Below, piece by piece: positions 19,234 to 29,836 of a DNA stretch of 64,000 bases. Origin of the DNA: Ferruginibacter sp. (GTDB lineage Bacteria; Bacteroidota; Bacteroidia; Chitinophagales; Chitinophagaceae); the NCBI GenBank assembly GCA_035438265.1, contig DAORIB010000002.1, positions 3,895 through 67,894 of the forward strand, in the 5' to 3' direction. Both the position numbers and the translations under genes were made by a program. The stretch's first letter is position 1; every line of letters begins with the position of its first letter. The notes below the pieces were generated by a model. That model was not told where the DNA came from, searched no databases, and saw only the letters and a list, made by a program, of their open reading frames with translations.

Positions 19234-20955
19234 TTACCGGTGAATAATAATTTTCTCTGTTATCACTTCCTCTTTCAGTTTCAGCCTTGCCAGGTAAACG
19301 CCCGTTTGCAGGAAGGGAAGATCAACCGGTAGTCTGCCTGAAAGGTTGTTGAACATTTTTTGAAATACCCGTTTGCCATCGGCGGCGTACAAGGTGATCC
19401 ATTCCACCGGCCTGTCGGAATACACAAAGAGCTGGCTGCCGGTAACCGGCACCGGGTAAAGAAATACACTCCGGGCAAAGGTTTTGCTTACACTTACGGT
19501 ATCGGAGTAAGTAATTCTTCCCGACCGGTCGGTAATCTTCAAGCGGTAATACAGTTTTGTGAAAACGGGTATGTTGTGACGGAAACTGTAGTTGTTGGCA
19601 GGCGGGATATTAATGGCATTCACTCTTCCGGCAGCACTGAAACTGGTTCCGTCGGTGCCGAATTCCACTTCAAAAAATGAAACATTCTGTTCATTCAGCG
19701 TTCGCCATTTAATTTCATTGTAGCCGTTTAATGCCGTAGCGGAAAAATCAAGTACGGTTACCGGCAAAATAGTACTGGTGATCACTTTATATAATACACC
19801 GTTCCTCGACAAGGCATACAGGTCGCCATTTTCTGCTTCGCCAAAACCGGCGATATTGCCCGGCAATCCGGCCTGTATGCTGGCGTCAAAACCACCGGAG
19901 CCATTTTGTTTGATCACCCAGGTATTGCCCGACACATAATCGGAGCAGATATAATACCCATACATCGCGGCAAATTCGGCGCCCCGGTACACATGACCAC
20001 CGGTGATGGAAAAACCACCCGTGGTTCCATTATGGGGATATACAAAAACAGGGGCAATGTAACTGCTTTGCGCCTGGCATCCTGCAGTGTTGTAAGCAGC
20101 ATTGCCTTCGTAACAGCGCCATCCGTAATTAACACCGCCGGATGTGGCATAGGTGCGGAAATCAACTTCCTCCCAGGCGCCTTGTCCCACATCGGCAATC
20201 CACATATCATGGGTAAGCCGGTCGAAGCTCCAGCGCCAGGGATTGCGCAAGCCCATGGCAAAGATCTCGTCACGCACAGATGGATTGCTTACATAGGGGT
20301 TATCGGCAGGAATGGTATAGTATGGAGGGGTATTGAAATTATCCACGTTGATGCGGATCATTTTTCCCAGCAATGAATTTCCGTTTTGAGAATTATTATC
20401 CGGGTCGCCGCCACTGCCGCCATCGCCGGTGCCAAAATACAGGTGGCCATCATGACCAAAGAGTAATTTCCCGCCATTGTGATTAGAATAAGTGGGATGC
20501 GGAATGGTGAGTATCACCCTGCCGGTTGTTTCATCGGCAGCATTGGGGTTGCCGGCCAGGGTTTGAAAACGGGTGATCCGTATGTCGCCGGCGGTATTGG
20601 TATAATAAACAAAGAAGTACCGGTTGCTTGCAAAGCCCGGGTGAAAAGCCATGCTTAATAAGCCACGCTCACCGCCACCGGCAATGCTATCCGGTATGTC
20701 CAGGAAATTGCCGGCCTGCAGTACGCCATTGGATACAATCCGTACCCGGCCATCCTGCTGTACAATGAAAAGCCGGTTGGTTCCGTCGCCGGCATTCACT
20801 ATATCCACCGGCGCCGTTAGTCCCGATGATACTACCGGGTTAAATATCAGAACCGGGGTGGGTTGTGCTGAGGAACGGCCATAAAATAAAAATGGTACTG
20901 CTACAATCAGCAACAGTACCACCGTATTTCTTTTAGCTGTATACAATGTACTCAT
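19234..20955 (-). CDS. PQQ-dependent (GSDH/sGDH-like) sugar dehydrogenase with T9SS C-terminal domain, paralog 1
   Basis: GERGLLSMAFHP, NHNGGKLLFG.DGHLY, GLRNPWR, WIADVGQ; C-terminal LYPVP...TGVYLARL. Confidence 0.88.
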   Translation of the reverse strand: MSTLYTAKRNTVVLLLIVAVPFLFYGRSSAQPTPVLIFNPVVSSGLTAPVDIVNAGDGTNRLFIVQQDGRVRIVSNGVLQAGNFLDIPDSIAGGGERGLLSMAFHPGFASNRYFFVYYTNTAGDIRITRFQTLAGNPNAADETTGRVILTIPHPTYSNHNGGKLLFGHDGHLYFGTGDGGSGGDPDNNSQNGNSLLGKMIRINVDNFNTPPYYTIPADNPYVSNPSVRDEIFAMGLRNPWRWSFDRLTHDMWIADVGQGAWEEVDFRTYATSGGVNYGWRCYEGNAAYNTAGCQAQSSYIAPVFVYPHNGTTGGFSITGGHVYRGAEFAAMYGYYICSDYVSGNTWVIKQNGSGGFDASIQAGLPGNIAGFGEAENGDLYALSRNGVLYKVITSTILPVTVLDFSATALNGYNEIKWRTLNEQNVSFFEVEFGTDGTSFSAAGRVNAINIPPANNYSFRHNIPVFTKLYYRLKITDRSGRITYSDTVSVSKTFARSVFLYPVPVTGSQLFVYSDRPVEWITLYAADGKRVFQKMFNNLSGRLPVDLPFLQTGVYLARLKLKEEVITEKIIIHR

Positions 20956-21042
20956 GATACAGGGTTTATCGGATGATAGACTTAACGCCTCCTTAACACA
21001 AATACAGTGCCAGAGGACCTTTTCGCCAGAATGAATACCAAT

Positions 21043-22770
21043 TTACTGGATCACCACTTTTTCAACCAGGTATTCTTCTTTTGTTTTCAGGCGGAGCAGG
21101 TATACACCTTTGGGCAGGCTGGGCAATGAAATGGCAATGGAGCCAGCACTGTTTTCCAGGTTACGGCGGAAGAGCAACCGTCCATCAGTGGTAAAAAGCT
21201 GAATCATTCCCACCGGTTTTTCAGTAATGAATTTCAGCTGGCCGCCGGTTACCGGGCTTGGAGATACTTTTACAGATGCTGCCTGTTTTCTATTAAGTAC
21301 CAGCACCGTTGAATAGGTAACACGTCCATCTTTGGCCGTTGTTTTCAGCCGGTAAAAGAGTTTTTCAAAACCGGCTACTAAATGGCGGAAGCTGTATTGA
21401 TTCTCTACGGTGCTGTTCAATGCGCTGATTTTCCCCGCATGTGCATACCTGCTGGCATCATCGCTGTATTCAATTTCGTAATGAAGGATATCCCGTTCGT
21501 TGGCGGTTTTCCATTTCAGTTCGTTGTACCCGGTAAATGCACGGGCAGTAAATTCAAGCAGTGATACAGCGAGCGGCCCCCCGCTGTTGGTGGTAACTTT
21601 ATAAAGCGTGCCGGTTAAAGTAACAGCATAAAGGGCTCCGTTCTCATCTTCTCCAAATCCTACAATGGAAAGCGGTAGTCCCGTTTGCATGGAAGTGGTC
21701 CATCCGCCACTGCCATTGGGTTTTATCAGCCAGGCATTGCCGGACACATAATCGGCGCAGATATAATAACCATACAATGCAGCATATTCAATGCCACGGT
21801 ATACGTGTCCGCCAATCACCGAAAATCCACCCGTTGCATTGTTGTGCGGATAAACAAAAATGGGAAAGCTGTAATTGGCAGGTGGTAAGCAACCGGCGGT
21901 TACAAAATCATCGTTGCCTTCGTAGCAACGCCAGCCGTAATTGATACCTCCCGAACCGCTGAGGGGCAGGTGATTGATCTCTTCCCAGGCTGCTTCACCC
22001 ACATCCGCCACCCATACATCATGGTTCAGCCGGTCGAAACTCCAACGCCAGGCATTACGCAGGCCTATGGCATAGACTTCGTCTTTTACATTCGGATCAT
22101 TTACGTATGGATTGTCCGCGGGGATGGTATAATACGGGGCCGTATTGAAATTATCCACGTTGATGCGGATCATTTTGCCCCAGAGTATATTTCCATTCTG
22201 TGCATGATTGTCGGGATCGCCACCCGGGCTTCCATCGCCGGGTGTGAAATACAAGTGACCATCGGGTCCGAAAAGCATTTTACCGCCGTTGTGGAAGCTG
22301 GTGGTAATGGCCGGAATGGTCATGATGACCACCCCCGTGGTTTGATTGATGGCTGTATTGGCGAGCGGGTTCGCTGCTTTAAACCGGGTTACCCTGATGT
22401 CATAATTGGATGTGAGGTAATAAATGAACAGGTATCCGTTGCTGGCATAATTGGGATGAAAGGCCATGCTGAGCAGCCCGTTTTCGTTGCCGGGTGGGAG
22501 GCTGTCGTGTATATCCAGGAAAGCAACTGCCTGCAGCACACCAGCCGAAACGATACGTACTTTGCCGGTTCGTTCCACAATAAATAACCGGTTGGTTCCG
22601 TCATTTGCATTCACAATATCGAGCGGGGAACTGAATCCTGTAGTAATCACCGGGGTGAATGTGAGTACCGGCGGCGATTGGGCGAAGGATGAAGCAATGG
22701 AAAAGAGTAGGGTGGAAGATGCCAACAGCACCGCTGCCAGACTTCGTTTTAAAGTGTACAGTTTGCACAT
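21043..22770 (-). CDS. PQQ-dependent (GSDH/sGDH-like) sugar dehydrogenase with T9SS C-terminal domain, paralog 2
   Basis: ENGLLSMAFHP, FHNGGKMLFGPDGHLY, GLRNAWR, WVADVGE; C-terminal VSPSP...KGVYLLRL. Confidence 0.88.
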   Translation of the reverse strand: MCKLYTLKRSLAAVLLASSTLLFSIASSFAQSPPVLTFTPVITTGFSSPLDIVNANDGTNRLFIVERTGKVRIVSAGVLQAVAFLDIHDSLPPGNENGLLSMAFHPNYASNGYLFIYYLTSNYDIRVTRFKAANPLANTAINQTTGVVIMTIPAITTSFHNGGKMLFGPDGHLYFTPGDGSPGGDPDNHAQNGNILWGKMIRINVDNFNTAPYYTIPADNPYVNDPNVKDEVYAIGLRNAWRWSFDRLNHDVWVADVGEAAWEEINHLPLSGSGGINYGWRCYEGNDDFVTAGCLPPANYSFPIFVYPHNNATGGFSVIGGHVYRGIEYAALYGYYICADYVSGNAWLIKPNGSGGWTTSMQTGLPLSIVGFGEDENGALYAVTLTGTLYKVTTNSGGPLAVSLLEFTARAFTGYNELKWKTANERDILHYEIEYSDDASRYAHAGKISALNSTVENQYSFRHLVAGFEKLFYRLKTTAKDGRVTYSTVLVLNRKQAASVKVSPSPVTGGQLKFITEKPVGMIQLFTTDGRLLFRRNLENSAGSIAISLPSLPKGVYLLRLKTKEEYLVEKVVIQ

Positions 22771-23042
22771 GATGTAAGTTTAACAGGATATCCGGTAATG
22801 GCTTTTTCAAGCAATCATGTGGCTTCTGCAGGCGAAAGTAGCCCATCAATTTAAAAAATTGCTTTATGTTTCGCACAGTTTTCGCACATTCTGTCGTTCT
22901 AGTACCGGATGTTTATGAGAACGGGCAACGGGGTTGTGCAGGGTTTTGCTGTGCTGCATTTGCTTTTGTACAGCGCAACAGCCGATTTAGCCGTCTTGTA
23001 CAATAATCACTAATTTTAGCACTACTAATCCCCAACGAACGT

Positions 23043-26000
23043 TTGAAGCTGATAAGGATATACCTATTCCTGCCTTTGATACTTTGCGTGCACTTTGCCG
23101 GTGCACAGGTAAATCCAGCGCCGCTTTCCAACCTGTATAAAAAGAGTTTTTCCACCCGGGAGAATGTTATCCGGCTAGATTCCATGAGCATTGTGCCCGG
23201 CAGCGTGGTGGTGGAGGGTATTTCTTCTTTCTATTATAAAATTGATGAAGTGAATGCCACGCTTACCTGGCTGCAAAACCCCGGGGTGGATCACGTAACC
23301 ATCACATACCGGCTGTTTCCTTACCGGCTCAACAGCGTGGTGCGGCATTTCAGCTACGACAGCATCAAAAATAATTTCTTAAGCACCACGCCCTTTGTTT
23401 ACCGGCCCGGTGCCAAACAAACCAGCCCGTTTACCGACTTCGGTAATATCCGTTCGGAGGGCAGTTTCGGACGAGGTATTTCCTTTGGCAACAGCCAGGA
23501 TGCGGTAGTAAGTTCGAGCCTGAACCTGCAGCTGAACGGTTTTATCGGCGACAGCCTGGAGCTGACTGCCGCCATCACCGATAATAATATACCGGTACAG
23601 CCCGATGGAAACACGCAGGATCTTCGTGATTTCGACCGCATATACCTGCAGGTGAAGAAAAAAGGCTGGCAAGCCAATTTTGGAGATATTGATATCCGCC
23701 AGAGCAGAAACTATTTCCTCAACTTTTATAAACGCCTGCAGGGTGTTTCCTTCATTACTGATAACCGGCTTGCTAAAAACATAAACAATTCATTGTTGCT
23801 GAGCGGTGCCATCGCCAAAGGAAAATTCACCCGCAATGTTCTTACACCGCTGGAAGGCAACCAGGGACCATACCGGCTAAGCAGCCCCACCGGTGAATTA
23901 TACTTCGTGATCCTGGCCGGCACCGAACGGGTGTTTATGGATGGCGAATTGCTGCAGCGGGGCGAAGACCAGGACTATGTGATCAACTACAATACCGCCG
24001 AACTCACTTTTACCCCAAAGCGGCTGATCACAAAAGACAAAAGGATTCAGGTGGAATTTGAATATGCCGACCGCAACTTCCTCAATTCCCAGATCTATGT
24101 GAATGATGAAGTGAAATTCAGTAACCGCTTTATCCTCAGCGTTGGGTTTTATAATAATGCCGATGCTAAAAATTCTTCCATCAACCAGGTACTGGATACC
24201 AGGCAAAAGCAATTCCTGGCCGATATCGGCGACGGCATTGATACGGCCTACTACCAGAATGCGGTCCGGGATACTTTTTCGGTGAATAAGATTTTATATA
24301 AGAAGATTGATACATTGTATAACGGATCGCTTCACGATTCTATTTTCGTGTATTCCATCAACCCGCTTGATACGCTGTACAGCCTCACTTTTACCTACCT
24401 GGGACCCGGCAAAGGAAATTACGTGGCGCTGCCCAGTGTGGCCAATGGAAAAGTGTTTGGCTGGGTTTCGCCCGATGCCAATAATAAAAAGCAGGGAGAG
24501 TATGCACCGGTGCTGCTGCTTATTTCGCCGAAGAAACTGCAGGTGGTAACCGTGGCAGGGGAGTACCTCTTTTCTCCCAAAACAAAACTCAAGGCCGAAG
24601 TGGCCATGAGTGATTACGATGTAAATACGTTTTCCCGGAAAGACAAAACCAACGACAAAGGTTTTGCTGCCAAATTCCAGTTTCAGAATGATGATGCAAA
24701 GATCCGCCTGTTCAGCAAGCCGATGCAGCTGCAAACACGGGTGGGATACGAGTTTGCTCAGAAGCGATTTAAACCGATTGAGCGGCTGCGGAACATTGAA
24801 TTTCTTCGTGACTGGAGTTTACCGTATGATATAGCACCCGCCGACGAACACATCGGCAATGCCGGATTAAAACTCGGTGATGCAAGGGGCAATTTCTTCC
24901 AATACGACCTCACCAGTTATACCCGCAGTGATAAATACAATGGATTGCGTCAATCACTTACCACTTCCACCACTATGAGCGGATGGAAACTCAGTACGCA
25001 GATCAGTCTCACCACGCTCAACAATCTTTTGCAGAAAGGCAGTTTCTTCCGGCCAACGGTTGACCTCAATAAAGAGCTCACCCGCTATCGTAAAATGCAG
25101 GTGGGTTTCAAATATAACAGCGAACACAACCTTCTCCGCAATAAGCAAACGGATACACTAACCCCGCTAAGCTTTGCCTTCAACATCTGGCAGGTATACC
25201 TGCGGTCGGATCCCGAAAAGCCGAACCGTTGGGGAGTATCATATTTTACCCGTAACGACCTGTTGCCGATGGGATCGAAACTGGAAAAGGCCGACCGCAG
25301 TGATAACTACAATGTGTTTACCGAATTGATGAAGAGCGAACGGCACCAGTTCAAACTCAATCTTACCTACCGGAAACTGTATGTACAGAACCCTGCCGTC
25401 AGTGTGCAGAAAGAAGACAAGAGTTTGCTGGGGCGTGCGGAGTATTATGTTAATGAATGGGGTGGTTTTATAACCGGTAACATGCTGTATGAACTGGGAT
25501 CGGGGCAGGAACAGAAACGCGAATACACTTATGTGGAGGTGCCCGCCGGCCAGGGCGAATATACCTGGATTGATTACAATGCCAACGGCATCCCCGAGCT
25601 GAATGAATTTGAGATTGCCCTTTTCCCCGATCAGAAAAAATACATCCGGGTGTTTACGCCCAGCAATCAATATGTAAAGGCCAATTACCTGCAGTTCAAC
25701 TACAGTTTTGCCCTGAACCCGAAAATGCTGTTCCGGTCAAACAATCTCACGGGGTTTAAAAAACTGCTGTCACGTACCAGCACCAGTTCGGCCCTGCAGA
25801 TCAGCAAGAAGGAAATTTCCACCGGTCATTTCCTGTTGAATCCCTTTGATAAAAAACTGGTGGATACCACGCTGATCACCCTCACGTCATTTTTGTCAAA
25901 CACGTTTTATTTTAACCGCAGCAATATCAAATGGGGCTTTGATGTTACACACAGCGTGAACAACGGGAAGGCATTGCTGTCGTACGGGTTTGAGAGCCGG

Positions 26001-26540
26001 AAACTGCGTTCACTTTCCGGCAAAATACGATGGAACCCGAACCGGAGTATGGTAACAACGTTTGCCTACCGCAACATCAAGAATGTGCTTAATACCGTCG
26101 GGCCGAAATTCAATAACCGCAATTACCTCGTGCTGCAGGATGTGTTTGAACCCTCCGTGACGTATATCCATAAAAGCAATTTCAGGTTAAGCTTTACGTA
26201 TGCCTACGGGCAGAAACGCAATACGATCGATTCGCTGGAACGGGCAAGCAGTCATACGCTTACTGCCGACATGCGGTATAATATACTTAACAATAGTACA
26301 CTCAGTGCCCGTTTTTCACTCAACCAGATCAACTTCACCGCATATTCCGGTGCCGCCAATACCACTGTGGGATACATTCTGCTGGATGGATTGTTGCCCG
26401 GAAAGAATTACCTGTGGAATCTGGAATTCAGCAAAAGGCTGGCAGGCAATATCGAGATCAGCATCCAGTACGACGGAAGAAAGCCGGGCGATACCAGAAC
26501 GGTGCATATTGGCCGGGCTTCTATCCGGGCCATCTTCTAA
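23043..26540 (+). CDS. Large conserved Bacteroidota outer-membrane beta-barrel-like protein of unknown function
   Basis: 1165 aa, TTG start, signal peptide, [14 protein letters not shown], many alternating aromatic strands, C-terminal Phe. Confidence 0.7.
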   Translation: MKLIRIYLFLPLILCVHFAGAQVNPAPLSNLYKKSFSTRENVIRLDSMSIVPGSVVVEGISSFYYKIDEVNATLTWLQNPGVDHVTITYRLFPYRLNSVVRHFSYDSIKNNFLSTTPFVYRPGAKQTSPFTDFGNIRSEGSFGRGISFGNSQDAVVSSSLNLQLNGFIGDSLELTAAITDNNIPVQPDGNTQDLRDFDRIYLQVKKKGWQANFGDIDIRQSRNYFLNFYKRLQGVSFITDNRLAKNINNSLLLSGAIAKGKFTRNVLTPLEGNQGPYRLSSPTGELYFVILAGTERVFMDGELLQRGEDQDYVINYNTAELTFTPKRLITKDKRIQVEFEYADRNFLNSQIYVNDEVKFSNRFILSVGFYNNADAKNSSINQVLDTRQKQFLADIGDGIDTAYYQNAVRDTFSVNKILYKKIDTLYNGSLHDSIFVYSINPLDTLYSLTFTYLGPGKGNYVALPSVANGKVFGWVSPDANNKKQGEYAPVLLLISPKKLQVVTVAGEYLFSPKTKLKAEVAMSDYDVNTFSRKDKTNDKGFAAKFQFQNDDAKIRLFSKPMQLQTRVGYEFAQKRFKPIERLRNIEFLRDWSLPYDIAPADEHIGNAGLKLGDARGNFFQYDLTSYTRSDKYNGLRQSLTTSTTMSGWKLSTQISLTTLNNLLQKGSFFRPTVDLNKELTRYRKMQVGFKYNSEHNLLRNKQTDTLTPLSFAFNIWQVYLRSDPEKPNRWGVSYFTRNDLLPMGSKLEKADRSDNYNVFTELMKSERHQFKLNLTYRKLYVQNPAVSVQKEDKSLLGRAEYYVNEWGGFITGNMLYELGSGQEQKREYTYVEVPAGQGEYTWIDYNANGIPELNEFEIALFPDQKKYIRVFTPSNQYVKANYLQFNYSFALNPKMLFRSNNLTGFKKLLSRTSTSSALQISKKEISTGHFLLNPFDKKLVDTTLITLTSFLSNTFYFNRSNIKWGFDVTHSVNNGKALLSYGFESRKLRSLSGKIRWNPNRSMVTTFAYRNIKNVLNTVGPKFNNRNYLVLQDVFEPSVTYIHKSNFRLSFTYAYGQKRNTIDSLERASSHTLTADMRYNILNNSTLSARFSLNQINFTAYSGAANTTVGYILLDGLLPGKNYLWNLEFSKRLAGNIEISIQYDGRKPGDTRTVHIGRASIRAIF

Positions 26541-26541
26541 C

Positions 26542-26569
26542 AAAAAAGCACCCGTGGATACCGGATGCT
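26542..26569 (-). terminator. Rho-independent terminator
   Basis: Minus strand AGCATCCG-gtatcca-CGGGTGCT followed by T6. Confidence 0.65.
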
Positions 26570-26597
26570 GCTGTTGTGAAATCAATATCTTTATATG

Positions 26598-27602
26598 TCA
26601 GCTGAAAATGCCGCCTTTTTTCAGGCTGCGGATTCCTTCGCCGATCTTGAAGCCGTTGTTGTACACTTCAATTTTATAATCGCCGGTTGCAAAGCTGCTG
26701 TTCTGCTTCAGGTCGATGCTTAAAGTTTGCCGCTGGCCCTGTGTGTAGTTCACGTCAATTTTCTGTGTAAAGGGTTTCTCTTTTCCATCCCGTGTATTGA
26801 ACTTGCCGGAGCCGAGTGTTTCCATCGATACAGGGTTTCCATCGGGCGCATACACACATACATAAATGAATTTTGTGCCGGAGGTGGCGGTACGGTTTTC
26901 ATCAATGTCGAAACTGATCCGTAATTTATCCACCCGCTTGGCTACCGTGGTGGTTTTTTCTTTGCCACTGCTTTTTTCGTTGATGCCAAGGATGGAAAAA
27001 TTGGAAGCGTGCAGGGTGGAGGCGATGTCGATCACTTCATTTTTTTCGGTGATAATGGTTTTGGCCGAGTCGAGGTCATGCTGCACTTTATCACGCTGCT
27101 GCAGGGCTGTATTTTTTTCCTGGGTGAGTATGATTTTTTCGCCTTCGAGTGTTTCAATTTTTGTTTTGTAGGTGCTGATATCTGTATTCAGCGAAGCGAT
27201 CAGTGTTCGGGCCTCGTTCAGGTCCGATTCGGTGGCGTTTACTTTGGCCAGCAGCTGCTGGATCTTTATTCTCTTCTGGGAAATATCACGATCCTGTTTG
27301 GTGATGATGCTGTCTTTGGTGTGCTCCATTTCGGCGCTGCTGGTCTTTATCATATCATACCGCATGGTGGCTTCTTCCAGTTCTTTCTGCAGCTGGTCAC
27401 GCTGCGAAGAAGTGGTGGCAATCACCGTATCTTTTTGCTGGATGGTTTCCTTGGTCTGGTTCTTATCCCAGATGATATAACCCCAGGTACCCAGCAGGGC
27501 GATCACCAGTCCGGCGGTCAGGTAATTGCGCCAGTTGTTGTTCGCCGGCGGGGGCGTTATTTCACTTGACTTTTCGGTGCCGGGAAAATTTTCAAAAGCC
27601 AT
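26598..27602 (-). CDS. Single-pass membrane protein with long coiled coil and C-terminal beta domain
   Basis: TM at residues ~27-44, heptad-rich QLQKELEE...KIETLEGEK, C-terminal KLRISFDI...YKIEVY. Confidence 0.7.
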   Translation of the reverse strand: MAFENFPGTEKSSEITPPPANNNWRNYLTAGLVIALLGTWGYIIWDKNQTKETIQQKDTVIATTSSQRDQLQKELEEATMRYDMIKTSSAEMEHTKDSIITKQDRDISQKRIKIQQLLAKVNATESDLNEARTLIASLNTDISTYKTKIETLEGEKIILTQEKNTALQQRDKVQHDLDSAKTIITEKNEVIDIASTLHASNFSILGINEKSSGKEKTTTVAKRVDKLRISFDIDENRTATSGTKFIYVCVYAPDGNPVSMETLGSGKFNTRDGKEKPFTQKIDVNYTQGQRQTLSIDLKQNSSFATGDYKIEVYNNGFKIGEGIRSLKKGGIFS

Positions 27603-27790
27603 GGTTAAGGTTTTTCTTGTATTAAAATTAATGAATCTGCCCGTGGATTAAAATAGGGTAACCTCCTGGATATTGACGGCGGGCAGCCTGTTCTAAAACT
27701 GTACCAAAGGTACCAACAGCGGTTAAGAACGGATTCCGGCGGAAAGTTATTGCTGTGTTAAAAACATTTCAGAGGCCCGCAACGAACTTT

Positions 27791-27798
27791 TATCTTTG
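27791..27798 (+). promoter_or_regulatory. Bacteroidota -7 promoter element (holA)
   Basis: TATCTTTG, 4 nt before the ATG at 27803. Confidence 0.65.
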
Positions 27799-27802
27799 GG
27801 CC

Positions 27803-28801
27803 ATGAGTGCCGAAAAGATCATCAGTGAATGGAAGAAAAAGAGCTTCAAACCGGTTTACTGGCTGGAAGGAGAAGAGGATTATTATATCGACCTGGTGGT
27901 CGATCATGCCGAGCATGCCATCATGGATGAATCGGAAGCCGGGTTTAACCTGACGGTTTTTTATGGCAAGGATGCCGACTGGGCGTCGGTGGTAAATGCC
28001 TGCCGGCGGTATCCCATGTTTGCCGAACGGCAGGTGGTGCTGCTGAAAGAAGCCCAGCAAATGAAGGACATTGAAAAGCTGGAAGGCTATTTTGAAAGCC
28101 CGCTGGCCTCCACCATTTTTGTGATTGCCTACAAGGGCAAGACATTTGACAAGCGGACCAAACTCTACAAGGTTCTTAAACAGCATGCCGAGATATTCAG
28201 CTCCGAAAAAGTAAAAGATTACAAACTACAGGAGTGGATCGGTGAGTTCGTGAAAGGAAAAGGATATAAGATCAATGCAAAAGCGATCAGCCTGCTTGAT
28301 GAGCATATCGGGAATGACCTGAACCGCATTGCCAATGAAATAGAAAAACTGGCGCTGAACCTGAAGGGGAAAAAAGAGATCACGGAAGATGATATAGAGA
28401 AGTACATCGGCATCAGTAAAGAGTACAATGTTTTTGAGCTGCAGGCCGCCATTGCCAAAAAAGACCTGGCCAAAGCCATCACCATCATCCAGTATTTTGA
28501 AGGAAATCCCAAGGCTGGTCCCATCCAGATGGTGTTACCGGCGCTGTATGCCAGTTTCAGTAAAGTATATACCGTTTTCGGCATGCCGGATAAAAGCGAA
28601 GCTGCTTTAAAACCGCATTTCTATTTCAACAGCACGGCGGTGAAGAATGCAATGGAAACCATCCAGAATTATGGATACGATGGTATTGAACGGATATTAC
28701 TCCTGCTGCACCATTATAATTTAAAAGGAGTGGGGGTGGACAATGCCGGAACCTCCGATGCATCACTGATGAAGGAGATGGTGGTGAAGATGATCGCTTA
28801 A
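27803..28801 (+). CDS. holA: DNA polymerase III delta subunit
   Basis: KPVYWLEGEEDYY, FNLTVFYGKD, RYPMFAERQVVLLKEAQ, GISKEYNVFEL. Confidence 0.92.
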   Translation: MSAEKIISEWKKKSFKPVYWLEGEEDYYIDLVVDHAEHAIMDESEAGFNLTVFYGKDADWASVVNACRRYPMFAERQVVLLKEAQQMKDIEKLEGYFESPLASTIFVIAYKGKTFDKRTKLYKVLKQHAEIFSSEKVKDYKLQEWIGEFVKGKGYKINAKAISLLDEHIGNDLNRIANEIEKLALNLKGKKEITEDDIEKYIGISKEYNVFELQAAIAKKDLAKAITIIQYFEGNPKAGPIQMVLPALYASFSKVYTVFGMPDKSEAALKPHFYFNSTAVKNAMETIQNYGYDGIERILLLLHHYNLKGVGVDNAGTSDASLMKEMVVKMIA

Positions 28802-28843
28802 TAGAAGCCGGTGCGCTTCAGTGGCCTGGATTCCGGTACCGCT

Positions 28844-29767
28844 TTATAAATATTTCAGGCTTTCCTCTTTATCCTTATGCAATTGTTCTTTCAGTTCTTC
28901 CAGCCCGTTGAACTTTACTTCGCTGCGTAAATATTTCTGCACATGCACCCGGATGGTTTTACCGTAGATGTCTTTATTGAAATCAAAGAGATTAACCTCG
29001 GTTACCCGGGTACGGCCGTTTACTGTGGGGCGAAAGCCGATGCTCATCATCCCCTTGTAGCGTATTCCTTCCACATCAGCATGTACCGCATAAATGCCAT
29101 CACCCATCACAATCTTTTCTTCATCGGTGCTTTTCAGGTTGGCGGTGGGATAGCCGAGTTCACGCCCGATCTTGTCGCCATGAAATACCTCGCCTTCAAA
29201 GAAGAAGGTGTAGCCGAGTAAATGATTGGCTTCCTCCACGTTGCTGTGCAGGATGGCGTTGCGGATATTGGTACTGCTTACCTTGATGGCATCCAGGATG
29301 TGTTCCGATATTTCCTTCAGCTTATAGTTATACACGGCTGCCTTTTCTTCCATCATTTTATAATCACCGGCCCGTTCTTTTCCAAACCGGTGATCATAAC
29401 CGATGATGATGGTATGCGGACGGAATTTCTCCACCAGGAAATCACGGATGTACTCCTCGGCTGTCTGGTTGGCGAAGTAATCGGTAAAGGGAACAATCAC
29501 GAGGTGGTCGATGCCGGTCTTGTCGAGCAGTTCGATGCGTTCGGCAAGGGTGTTGATGAGCCGCACACCGGTAATGACCGACGACACCACTTTACGGGGG
29601 TGGGGATGAAAGGTGATGATCACCGATTCTCCGCCTGCGGTTGCCGCTTCCTGTTTCAGGCTGTCGATAATCTGGTGATGGCCCAGGTGAACGCCGTCGA
29701 ACGTACCGATGGTGATAACGGCGTTCCTGAATGAGGGTAGCTGGCTGATGTCGCGGTGTATCTGCAT
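28844..29767 (-). CDS. ribF: Bifunctional riboflavin kinase/FAD synthetase
   Basis: TIGTFDGVHLGH, TFHPHP, GYDHRFG, VSSTNIR, GYPTAN; start MQIHRD at 29767. Confidence 0.96.
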   Translation of the reverse strand: MQIHRDISQLPSFRNAVITIGTFDGVHLGHHQIIDSLKQEAATAGGESVIITFHPHPRKVVSSVITGVRLINTLAERIELLDKTGIDHLVIVPFTDYFANQTAEEYIRDFLVEKFRPHTIIIGYDHRFGKERAGDYKMMEEKAAVYNYKLKEISEHILDAIKVSSTNIRNAILHSNVEEANHLLGYTFFFEGEVFHGDKIGRELGYPTANLKSTDEEKIVMGDGIYAVHADVEGIRYKGMMSIGFRPTVNGRTRVTEVNLFDFNKDIYGKTIRVHVQKYLRSEVKFNGLEELKEQLHKDKEESLKYL

Positions 29768-29824
29768 AAGTACGAAGTGCAAATGTAGTTGATAATTGAA
29801 AATGGTTTATTGCCGCCCGGCATT

Positions 29825-29832
29825 TAGTTTTG
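29825..29832 (+). promoter_or_regulatory. Bacteroidota -7 promoter element (purM)
   Basis: TAGTTTTG, 4 nt before the ATG at 29837. Confidence 0.6.
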
Positions 29833-29836
29833 CGGT

